The notes under the pieces are model-generated. The model did not search any database. It was not told where the DNA came from and was given only the letters and a program-made list of their open reading frames with translations. From Gammaproteobacteria bacterium (GTDB lineage: Bacteria > Pseudomonadota > Gammaproteobacteria > HyVt-429), in the NCBI GenBank assembly GCA_022340345.1, contig JAJDOE010000129.1, positions 1 to 55,740 on the forward strand: a stretch of 55,740 nucleotides of DNA, given 5' to 3'. The position numbers were made by a program, and so were the translations under genes. Shown here one piece after another: positions 33,868 to 41,404 of the stretch (position 1 is the first letter of the stretch; each line of letters opens with the position of its first letter).

Positions 33868-35241
33868 TCAGGAATCGGCGCGTTGCTCCAGGGCGCTCAG
33901 CAGCCGGGCGTGCAGACCGTCAAACGAGCCATTGCTCATCACGATGACGCGATCTCCGGGCTGGCTGCTGGCGGTCAGGTCCGCCACGATCTCCTCAGTA
34001 GACCGCAGCACCGCCGCGTGGGTTCCCAGTTCCCGGGCAACTTCCGCCAGCGACCAGCCGAGCCCCGCGGGTTCCAGCAGCAGCACCCGGTCGGCGGCCG
34101 CCAGGGCGCTGGCCAATTCGGCCCGGTGGCGGCCCATGCGCATGGTGTTGGAACGGGGTTCCAGCACCGCCACCAGGCGCTCCCCGGGATAGCGGGCCCG
34201 GCAGGCCTCCAGGGTGGCCCGGATGGCGGTTGGATGGTGGGCGAAATCGTCGTACACGCTGACGCCGCCGGTCTCGCCCCGCAACTCCAGGCGTCGTTTC
34301 GGTGGAATGAAATCTGCCAGCGCCTCCAGCGCCTGCCCGGGCGCCACACCGGCGGCGGCTGCCGCTGCAATCGCCGCCAGCGCGTTCATGGCGTTGTGCC
34401 GGCCCGGCAGCGGGATTCGCGCATCGCCGCAGGGTACGCCGTCCCGGCGTACCTGGAATTCGCTGAAGTCCGGGCAACTGGCGCGGAGTTGCCAGCCGGC
34501 GCCGGTGGCCTCGTCGCCGAAACCGTCCACCGGGGTCCAGCAACCGCGCTCCAGTACTTCGCGGAGCTGCGCGTCCTCCTGGTTGACCACCAGTTTTCCG
34601 TTGCCGGGTACGGTACGCACCAGGTGGTGGAACTGGCGGCGGATGGCCTCCAGGTCATCGAAGATGTCCGCGTGATCGAACTCCAGGTTGTTCAGCACTG
34701 CGATCCGCGGCCGGTAGTGAATGAACTTGGAGCGCTTGTCGAAGAACGCGGTGTCGTACTCGTCCGCCTCGATGACAAAATCCCGGCCGCCGCCCAGGCG
34801 GGCGCTGACCGCAAAATTGCCAGGGACGCCGCCCACCAGAAAGCCCGGGTCGTGCCCGGCCCGTTCCAGGATCCAGGCGAGCATACCGGTGGTGGTGGTT
34901 TTGCCATGCGTGCCGGCCACCGCAAGTACCCTGCGGCCGGGGCAGACCGCCCGGGCCAGCCAATCCGGTCCCGAGGTATAGGCCAGGCCACGCTCCAGCA
35001 CCGCCTCCACCAGCGGCTGGCCGCGGGACCGGGCGTTGCCGATCACCACCAGGTCCGGGGCGTCCTGCAGGAAGCCGGTATCCGTATCCGGCCCAACCGG
35101 AATGCCCTCGGCGGCGAGCATCTCGCTCATGGGTGGATAAATATTGGCGTCGCTGCCGGTGACCTGGTGCCCCAACTGGCGGGCGAGCAGGGCGAGGCCG
35201 CCCATGAAAGTACCGGCGATGCCGAGGATGTGCAGCCGCAT
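33868..35241 (-). CDS. mpl: UDP-N-acetylmuramate:L-Ala-gamma-D-Glu-meso-DAP ligase (murein peptide ligase)
   Basis: The ATG at 35241 gives 'MRLHILGIAGTFMGGLALLA', followed by 'AVAGTHGKTTTT' and the Mur ligase middle and C-terminal domains. The 638-aa ORF upstream extension is rejected. Confidence 0.93.
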   Translation of the reverse strand: MRLHILGIAGTFMGGLALLARQLGHQVTGSDANIYPPMSEMLAAEGIPVGPDTDTGFLQDAPDLVVIGNARSRGQPLVEAVLERGLAYTSGPDWLARAVCPGRRVLAVAGTHGKTTTTGMLAWILERAGHDPGFLVGGVPGNFAVSARLGGGRDFVIEADEYDTAFFDKRSKFIHYRPRIAVLNNLEFDHADIFDDLEAIRRQFHHLVRTVPGNGKLVVNQEDAQLREVLERGCWTPVDGFGDEATGAGWQLRASCPDFSEFQVRRDGVPCGDARIPLPGRHNAMNALAAIAAAAAAGVAPGQALEALADFIPPKRRLELRGETGGVSVYDDFAHHPTAIRATLEACRARYPGERLVAVLEPRSNTMRMGRHRAELASALAAADRVLLLEPAGLGWSLAEVARELGTHAAVLRSTEEIVADLTASSQPGDRVIVMSNGSFDGLHARLLSALEQRADS

Positions 35242-35747
35242 CAGGCGGCGGGAACCAGCCAGGCCACCAGTGGCAGCGTCAGCATCAGCACCACCAGCGA
35301 CAAACCGATAGAAAGCCCGATCGCGGCACCGCGGGAGACCTCCAGGGATTCGCGCAGGATCGTGGCGGTGACCGCCAGGATCCAGCCCACCAGCAGCAGC
35401 GCAAAAAACTGGGGGGTGGGGTCGGTTTCTCCCACCTCCCGCAGCCAGGAGATTACCGGCAGGGACAGCAGGTTGAGTACCGCGTTGGCGCCGAACAGGG
35501 CGGTCAGCGTCTGGGTGGCGCGGTCCGGAAAGTTTCGCAGCCGGAGCATTCCCTGCACCAGCGCCGCCACCAGCGCGATCTGCACCAGCGCAAGGATCAC
35601 CGACGCCAGCGGCCGACTGAGGTCCTGGACGCCGCTGATCACCGCCAGCATGGCGGCCATCCACAGCAGCGCATTCGAAGTCGGCAGGTCCTGGGGCCGG
35701 GCACGAAACAGGCACAAGGCAACAAAGGTCTGAAGGATGGAGAACAT
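35241..35747 (-). CDS. Hypothetical inner-membrane protein (~5 TM)
   Basis: 168 aa from 'MFSILQTFVALCLF'. It is hydrophobic throughout, and its stop overlaps the mpl start (TGATG). Confidence 0.55.
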   Translation of the reverse strand: MFSILQTFVALCLFRARPQDLPTSNALLWMAAMLAVISGVQDLSRPLASVILALVQIALVAALVQGMLRLRNFPDRATQTLTALFGANAVLNLLSLPVISWLREVGETDPTPQFFALLLVGWILAVTATILRESLEVSRGAAIGLSIGLSLVVLMLTLPLVAWLVPAA

Positions 35748-35823
35748 GCGCGGCGATGATACCGTGCGTTGCCCGCCACGGCACGCTGGGCTTGGGCGCC
35801 CGGTAGCCCTACACTTGCCTGCC

Positions 35824-36915
35824 ATGCGATACCCCATGATTGATAGCGCGGCTGGATTGCGGGACTTCAGCGAGGAACTCAGCAGCGCGGCGTGGCTCGG
35901 GATCGATACCGAATTCCTGCGCGAGCGAACTTACTATCCACGCTTGTGCCTGATGCAGGTGGCGGCGGGTGAAACCATCGCCTGTGTGGACCCGGTGGAG
36001 GGCCTGGATTTCGAGCCGCTGCTGAACGTGATGTTCCGCCCGGACGTGGTCAAGGTGATGCACTCGGCGCGCCAGGACCTGGAATTTTTCTATTCCTGGC
36101 GTCAGCAACTGCCGGCTCCCTTGTTCGATACCCAGGTGGCGGGGGCCTTGTGCGGGCTGGGCGATCAGACCGGCTATGCGTCGCTGGTGCAGACCCTTTT
36201 GGGGGTGGAGGTCAGCAAGGACCAGACCCGAACCAACTGGTGCCGGCGTCCGCTCACCGAGGCGCAACTGGCCTACGCCCGCGACGACGTGCGCTACCTG
36301 GGCGCGTTGCAGGAGTGGTTGAGCGGGCGGCTGGAGCAGCTCGGTCGCCTGGCCTGGCTGGAAGAAGATTGTCGCCGCCTTACGGATCCGGCCCTGTATC
36401 TGGCGGACCCGGCCATGGCCTGGCAGCGCCTTTCCGGCGCTCGCCTGTCCCCCCGCGAGCAAGTGGTTTTACGGGCGGTTGCCGAATGGCGCGAACAGCG
36501 GGCCCAGGACCGTGACCTGCCCCGCCAGTGGGTGCTACCGGATCGTTCCCTGGTGGCATTGGCCCAGGTGCAACCCGATTCGGTGCGGGCGCTGGATGCC
36601 GTGGGAGAGCTGGGGGCCCAGCGGGGCGACGCCTGGAAGCAGGAACTGATCGGCCTGATATCCGAGGCCCGCGAACAACCGGAAGAGCTGGTGTGGGACA
36701 ACCCCCAGGCCCTCAGCCGCAGCGAGCAGGCGCTGGTGAAGACCCTGATGAGCCTGCTGCGCGCACGGGCGGAGCAGCTCGAAGTGCCGGCGTCGCTGCT
36801 GTGCAACCGCCGCGATGTGGTGCGCCTGGTGAAAGGCGAACGGGAGTTGCCGGTGCTGGCGGGCTGGCGGCGCGGCGAAATCGGCGAGGCATTACTAGCC
36901 GATTTTCAGGGCTGA
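35824..36915 (+). CDS. rnd: Ribonuclease D
   Basis: DEDD exonuclease block 'WLGIDTEFLRERTYYPRLCLMQV', 'HSARQDLE', 'YARDDVRYL', and an HRDC-like C-terminus. Confidence 0.9.
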   Translation: MRYPMIDSAAGLRDFSEELSSAAWLGIDTEFLRERTYYPRLCLMQVAAGETIACVDPVEGLDFEPLLNVMFRPDVVKVMHSARQDLEFFYSWRQQLPAPLFDTQVAGALCGLGDQTGYASLVQTLLGVEVSKDQTRTNWCRRPLTEAQLAYARDDVRYLGALQEWLSGRLEQLGRLAWLEEDCRRLTDPALYLADPAMAWQRLSGARLSPREQVVLRAVAEWREQRAQDRDLPRQWVLPDRSLVALAQVQPDSVRALDAVGELGAQRGDAWKQELIGLISEAREQPEELVWDNPQALSRSEQALVKTLMSLLRARAEQLEVPASLLCNRRDVVRLVKGERELPVLAGWRRGEIGEALLADFQG

Positions 36916-37071
36916 TTCCTGTTTCCTGTTGTTTTGTATGCAGCCCGCGCGGGAAGGATTGATGTCCGCTTTCGGCCACAAGCGGACATGGCCCCGGGCT
37001 TTTCTCGCTATTCCACCGGAGCAAAGTGATGGATCGTGGCCGCATTGTGACGGCAGGATCCAGGTCAGGCC

Positions 37072-37102
37072 AAAAGAAAGCCGCCTCCGATAGAGAGGCG
37101 GC
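37072..37102 (-). terminator. Probable terminator of the DsrE-like gene
   Basis: Stem 'gccgcctc'/'gaggcggc' with a 7-nt loop. The minus strand continues 'tttctttt'. It lies 60 nt past the stop. Confidence 0.6.
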
Positions 37103-37161
37103 ACCGTCAACACGGAAGTGTCGCGAAGAACTGTCGATCAAATGCGACGCTCGGCGCTGAA

Positions 37162-37689
37162 CTATTTTTTCTTCAATTCCGGGTGGTCCAGGTAGCGGGT
37201 ATCCCTGACACGATTCGCCAACGGATTAATGTACTGGTATCCCTGAGATTGGAGTAGGGCAATCTCCGGGAATCCGGCCGGTACAACGGTAATGAAACCG
37301 TGAAAATCGTCAGCCTTAAATCCCGCCGCGCGTAAGGCGTTGTGGCACATGCGGAACTCAACACCATCATCAGCCAGTGCCTTCATCTTATCAACGATAC
37401 CTTGGTACTTGGCATAATTTTCCTTCGCAAAAACACGAAGCTCCGGTCCATGAGTGACTACAACCATCTTTCCCTTTAGGGGCTTCATGCTATTGCTCAC
37501 GAACGCATAAAGAACGTTGAGGTCATTGGGATCCATGTAATTGGTATCGAATACTGCGTTGATTGTTGGGTAATCGTGCAGATCCGTTTTTGACGTGCCG
37601 TAGGGCGCCATCGAATCGGAAGCCAGGACCGTCCCGCTGATTCCGAGTGCCAATGCACATCCAATACAGAGTGTACGTAGTTGTTTCAT
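37162..37689 (-). CDS. Periplasmic DsrE/DsrF-like family protein
   Basis: The ATG at 37689 has 'aaggaa' upstream. Signal peptide '..GTVLASD', and a DsrE-like core with Cys in 'VEFRMCHNALRAAG'. The gene is markedly AT-richer than its neighbours. Confidence 0.7.
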   Translation of the reverse strand: MKQLRTLCIGCALALGISGTVLASDSMAPYGTSKTDLHDYPTINAVFDTNYMDPNDLNVLYAFVSNSMKPLKGKMVVVTHGPELRVFAKENYAKYQGIVDKMKALADDGVEFRMCHNALRAAGFKADDFHGFITVVPAGFPEIALLQSQGYQYINPLANRVRDTRYLDHPELKKK

Positions 37690-37884
37690 TCGAGTTTCCT
37701 TGTTGGTGCGCTGCGCTGATCTCCGCGATGTGGCCATCTTGCAGCAGTTCAGGCCGCCAGAATCATTTTTTTCTGGGCGGAACCTTGCATCATACGCCTT
37801 TCTGAATGACGAGCACGAAGTGGCCTCCGCTTGGGAAACTCGCCGCCTGGCGACGCAAAACGCGAGCATCGAAGCATTCATTGC

Positions 37885-38991
37885 TCATGGCTCCCGCGGC
37901 AACAGGGCGTATAGCTGGCCACGTTCCTTCATCAGTCCGGCCAGTTGTTCCGCCTCCGCACCGTGACCGAAAAATACATCGGCACGCAGCGGACCACGGA
38001 TCGCGCCGCCGGTGTCCTGGGCGAACACGGTGCGCCGCAGGGGATCGCCGCTGCGCGGGTCGCGGGTATCCAGCCACAACGGAATCCCCAGCGGGATATG
38101 CGCCGGGTCCACCGCTACGCTGCGCCCTGGGGTCAGCGGTACCCGCAGGGACCCCAGGGGACCGCCGGCGGGGGATTCGCGCAGTTCGAAAAAGACGTAG
38201 CTCGGGTTACGCGCCAGCAGCTCGCCGGCCTCGGCCGGGTTGCTGCGCAACCAGTCGCGGATGGAGAACAGGTTGACCTCTTCCCGTTGCAGGTGCCGTT
38301 CGGTGACCAGCCAGCGTCCGATGGCGAAGTAGGGATGGCCGTTCTGGTCCGCGTAGCCGACCCCGATCTGTTTGCCGTCCGGGAGGCGGACTCGCCCGGA
38401 ACCCTGGATGTGCAGGAAGAACAGGTCCACCGGATCATCCACCCACAGCAGTTCGTTGCCGGCCAACGGGCGTCGTTCGCTGTCGATGTTGGCGCGTTCG
38501 AAATAGGGCACTACCCGCCGCCCTTGTAGCCGTCCGCGCACCCGTTTCCCCTTCAATTCGGGGTACAGCCCTGCAAGATCCACTCGCAACAGGTCCGCTG
38601 GCGGCTCGTACAGAGGAAAGGCATAGCGCGCATCCGGTTCCCGGCTTCCGTTCAATAGCGGCTCGTAGTAGCCGGTAACCAGTCCGTGCTGCTTTCCGTT
38701 TTCACCGTAAACGCGATGCGGTACAAACCAGTTTTCGAAAAATCTCCGGGCGACCGCATCGTCCGGCTCGCTGATCGCTTTCGCCGCTGCGCACAACGCC
38801 TGCCACTGCCGCTCGTTCGCGAGGCGTTCGCAGCTTTGTTGCAGGGCCGGCCAGGCGCGGGTGTGGTGGTCCTGGTCCCAGCCGGGCAGGTCGCGGAAGT
38901 CCACCGGCCGGCCGATTCCCGGAGCGGAGCATGCGCCGAGGCCCAGCAGGGTGAAAACAAACAGAACTTTCAGGAGGGAGCGCGACGACAT
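37885..38991 (-). CDS. mltA: Membrane-bound lytic murein transglycosylase A
   Basis: Lipoprotein signal 'LLGLGAC' plus MltA/3D-domain blocks 'TGYYEP','FLHIQGSG','SVAVDPAHIPLGIPLWL','FAQDTGGAIRG'. Confidence 0.92.
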   Translation of the reverse strand: MSSRSLLKVLFVFTLLGLGACSAPGIGRPVDFRDLPGWDQDHHTRAWPALQQSCERLANERQWQALCAAAKAISEPDDAVARRFFENWFVPHRVYGENGKQHGLVTGYYEPLLNGSREPDARYAFPLYEPPADLLRVDLAGLYPELKGKRVRGRLQGRRVVPYFERANIDSERRPLAGNELLWVDDPVDLFFLHIQGSGRVRLPDGKQIGVGYADQNGHPYFAIGRWLVTERHLQREEVNLFSIRDWLRSNPAEAGELLARNPSYVFFELRESPAGGPLGSLRVPLTPGRSVAVDPAHIPLGIPLWLDTRDPRSGDPLRRTVFAQDTGGAIRGPLRADVFFGHGAEAEQLAGLMKERGQLYALLPREP

Positions 38992-39095
38992 GCCGGCTTA
39001 CGTTACGCGAATCCGGATGCAGCGCAAAGCACGCCGGCGTGACGCGGGACGGTGGCTGGCCTAGACTGATTCCCCCGATGCTGGGAGACCATGTC

Positions 39096-39581
39096 ATGTT
39101 CCGAATTCCGGTTGCCTTGCTGGTGCTGCTGGTCAGCTTCGGGCCGGTGGCCGCGGTGGCCGATGCCCGTGAGGACATCGCCGAGGTGCTGGATCGATTT
39201 CACGCTGCTGCCGCGGCGGCGGATGGTGATACCTATTTTTCCCTGTTCGCGCCTGGCGGCATTTTTCTTGGAACCGATGCCAGCGAACGATGGGACGTTG
39301 CGGCCTTTCGCGCCTACGCGCAACCGCACTTTGCCCGGGGGAAGGGCTGGACCTACGTGGTCAAAGAGCGATTCGTTCATGTGGCAGCCGATGCCGACAG
39401 CGCGTGGTTTCACGAGCGCCTGGATAACGCCAAGCTCGGAGCCTGCCGCGGTACCGGTACCCTGGTGCGCCTGGCGCAGGGCTGGCGCATCGCCCAGTAC
39501 AACCTGTCGGTGCCGATCCCCAACGCCCTGGTCGAAGGGGTAGCGCTGCAAATCCGGCAGCAGGCGGGCGAGGGGAACTGA
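39096..39581 (+). CDS. Secreted NTF2-like (SnoaL/DUF4440-type) protein
   Basis: The ATG at 39096 has 'gggaga' upstream. Signal peptide, then 'DIAEVLDRFHAAAAAADGDTYFSLFAPGGIFLGTDASERW'. The fold assignment is by pattern only. Confidence 0.55.
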   Translation: MFRIPVALLVLLVSFGPVAAVADAREDIAEVLDRFHAAAAAADGDTYFSLFAPGGIFLGTDASERWDVAAFRAYAQPHFARGKGWTYVVKERFVHVAADADSAWFHERLDNAKLGACRGTGTLVRLAQGWRIAQYNLSVPIPNALVEGVALQIRQQAGEGN

Positions 39582-39636
39582 TGGACGATTCGCGGGTCTA
39601 TTTGGACAGTTCCCTTCAAATCGGTATGGACACGCA

Positions 39637-40128
39637 ATGAAACGACGACACTTTCTGTGGACGGCGGGCGTCCTTGGCAGCGGCGCGGTACTCGGCCGGC
39701 TGGCGGGTGCCAGCGCCGGACAGGCCGCGGGTAACCGCATTGAAAAACTGGTGCTCAGTGATGCCGAGTGGCGTAAGCGGCTGGAGCCGGACCGCTACCG
39801 GATTCTGCGTGATGCAGGAACGGAACGCCCCAACAGCAGTGCCCTGAATGCCGAAAAGCGCGCCGGAACCTTTGTCTGCGCTGGCTGCGAGCTGCCGCTG
39901 TTCACTTCCGAGATGAAATACGACAGCGGTACCGGCTGGCCGAGTTTTTTCACCACCATCGAGGGTGCGGTGGAAACCAAGCTGGACTTCAAGCTCATCT
40001 ACCCGCGCACCGAGTACCACTGCGCCCGCTGCGAGGGCCACCAGGGACATCTGTTTAAGGACGGCCCGAAACCCACCGGCCAACGCTGGTGTAACAACGG
40101 CCTGGCGTTGAAGTTCCAGCCCGCCTGA
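39637..40128 (+). CDS. msrB: Peptide-methionine (R)-S-oxide reductase MsrB with a twin-arginine signal peptide
   Basis: Tat motif 'KRRHFLW', Zn-site 'CAGCE' and 'CARCEGH', 'GTGWPSF', and catalytic 'RWCNNG'. Confidence 0.92.
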   Translation: MKRRHFLWTAGVLGSGAVLGRLAGASAGQAAGNRIEKLVLSDAEWRKRLEPDRYRILRDAGTERPNSSALNAEKRAGTFVCAGCELPLFTSEMKYDSGTGWPSFFTTIEGAVETKLDFKLIYPRTEYHCARCEGHQGHLFKDGPKPTGQRWCNNGLALKFQPA

Positions 40129-40404
40129 GCGGCCAACCACCGCGGCTGCCGGTTTCCGGCGGTCGCGAGTTTGGCCGGCCCGAAACCCACCGGCCAACGC
40201 TGGTGCAACAACGGCCTGGCGTTGAAGTTCCAGCCTGCCTGAGCGGCCAACCACCGCGGCTGCCGGTTTCCGGCGGTCGCGAGTTTAGCCGGCCCGAAAC
40301 CCACCGGCCAACGCTGGTGTAACAACGGCCTGGCGTTGAAGTTTCAGCCCGCCTGAGCGGCCAACCACCGCGGCTGCCGGTTTCCGGCGGTCGCGAGTTT
40401 GGCC
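40063..40404. repeat. Tandem direct repeat, 3 x 114 bp (msrB 3' end + hairpin element)
   Basis: Units are 40063-40176, 40177-40290 and 40291-40404. Hand alignment shows only 4 substitutions in total. The first 6 nt of a fourth unit ('ggcccg') follow at 40405-40410. Confidence 0.97.
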
Positions 40405-40499
40405 GGCCCGGGTATCCGCGGCCGGGCATTTCACGGCGGGACGCGGCACGCCCGCTGTCGCTATACTCTTCGGCCCAATCACATCACCGGGGGGTGATT

Positions 40500-41396
40500 A
40501 TGGGCCTGCGCCTGAAGTTCAATCTGACCCTGTTTCTCGCCACCGTGCTGGGGCTGGCCGTGACCGGCCTGCTGGGGCACCGCATGCTGCAGGAGGATGC
40601 GCGGGACGAGGTATTGCGTACCGCCCGCCTGATGATGGAAAGCGCCCTCGCGGTGCGCGGTTACACCGTCAAGGAAGTGCGTCCGCTACTTGCGGAACTG
40701 CAGGTCAACTCCGACAAGTTCCTTGCGCAGACGGTACCGGCCTACGCGGCGCACCGCTATATTTCCCGCGTCCAGGAACGGTATCCGGACTTCAGCTACA
40801 AGGAGGCGACCCTGAATCCCACCAATCCGGCCAACCGCGCCAGCGAATGGGAGGCGGACCTGGTCAGTTTCTTTCGCAACAGCGCCGAATCCAGGAATGA
40901 ACTGATCGGGGAGCGGGAGACCAGTACCGGGCGCATGTTGTACCTCGCGCACCCGATTCGAATCGCCAACCCCAGTTGCCTGACCTGTCATGGGCGACCG
41001 GCCGATGCGCCCCGCGCGTTGCGTGCCAGTTACGGAGACAACAATGGTTTTGGCTGGAAGCTCGAGGAAGTGGTGGGCGCACAGCTGGTGACGGTTCCAA
41101 TGGCACTGCCGTTCCGGCAAGCCCGCGAAGCGTTCATTACCTTCATGGCGGGACAGGTCGCGGTTTTCCTGGCCCTCGCTATTTTGCTCAACATCATGTT
41201 GCACTACATCATTATCAAGCGGGTGCGGGCAGTATCCGCGAAGGCGGACGAGGTCAGCCTCGGTTCCCTGAATGTGGAAGAGCTGCATGTTGGTGGCAAG
41301 GATGAAATCGCATCCATGGGCCGATCTTTCAACCGCATGCACCGTAGTCTCACCAACGCCATGCGCATGCTCGACGAATCCGCCGGCAAACGCTGA
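40500..41396 (+). CDS. DUF3365 (Tll0287-like, heme c) periplasmic sensor domain + TM + HAMP, no output domain
   Basis: N-terminal TM, periplasmic region with 'VPAYAAHRY' and the heme-c motif 'CLTCHG', a second TM 'AGQVAVFLALAILLNIMLHYIII', and HAMP 'KRVRAVSAKADEVSLG..GGKDEIASMGRSFNRM'. The protein ends about 25 aa after the HAMP domain. Confidence 0.75.
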   Translation: MGLRLKFNLTLFLATVLGLAVTGLLGHRMLQEDARDEVLRTARLMMESALAVRGYTVKEVRPLLAELQVNSDKFLAQTVPAYAAHRYISRVQERYPDFSYKEATLNPTNPANRASEWEADLVSFFRNSAESRNELIGERETSTGRMLYLAHPIRIANPSCLTCHGRPADAPRALRASYGDNNGFGWKLEEVVGAQLVTVPMALPFRQAREAFITFMAGQVAVFLALAILLNIMLHYIIIKRVRAVSAKADEVSLGSLNVEELHVGGKDEIASMGRSFNRMHRSLTNAMRMLDESAGKR

Positions 41397-41404
41397 CATC
41401 CATC

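Noticed and set aside
33868-35784. A 638-aa ORF suggesting an Mpl with a 180-aa N-terminal extension.
   Set aside because: The extension is Ala/Gly/Arg/Pro-rich and has no Mur-ligase similarity. A canonical Mpl N-terminus ('MRLHILGIAGTFMGG') begins at the internal ATG at 35241. A different frame over the same DNA encodes a coherent hydrophobic membrane protein whose stop overlaps that ATG.
36713-37141. Minus-strand ORFs (72 and 142 aa) in the rnd / DsrE-like intergenic region.
   Set aside because: They span hairpins and a terminator, overlap the rnd 3' end, and have no RBS or recognisable protein features. The region is better treated as structured non-coding DNA.
40126-40176. TGA of msrB followed 3 nt later by a strong hairpin: selenocysteine (SECIS) or programmed read-through giving a repeat-extended MsrB.
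   Set aside because: The hairpin resembles a GC-rich terminator or REP-type stem, not the bacterial SECIS I recall, which has a conserved apical loop at a fixed distance from the UGA. The catalytic residue here is an ordinary Cys codon. The only support is four wobble-phase substitutions that the antisense frame explains equally well. It is kept as a minor alternative to test, not as a call.
40063-40404. CRISPR array.
   Set aside because: The units are directly abutting 114-bp copies with no unique spacers, they include coding sequence, and no cas genes are present.
39616-40429. Minus-strand ORFs of 108-212 aa running through the 114-bp repeats (39616-40254, 39999-40325, 40055-40429).
   Set aside because: They exist because the repeat unit is stop-free on that strand. 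The proteins are repeats of Arg/Pro/Gly/Ala-rich sequence with no start context or homology. Only the frame of 39999-40325 is kept as an open alternative in the repeat finding.
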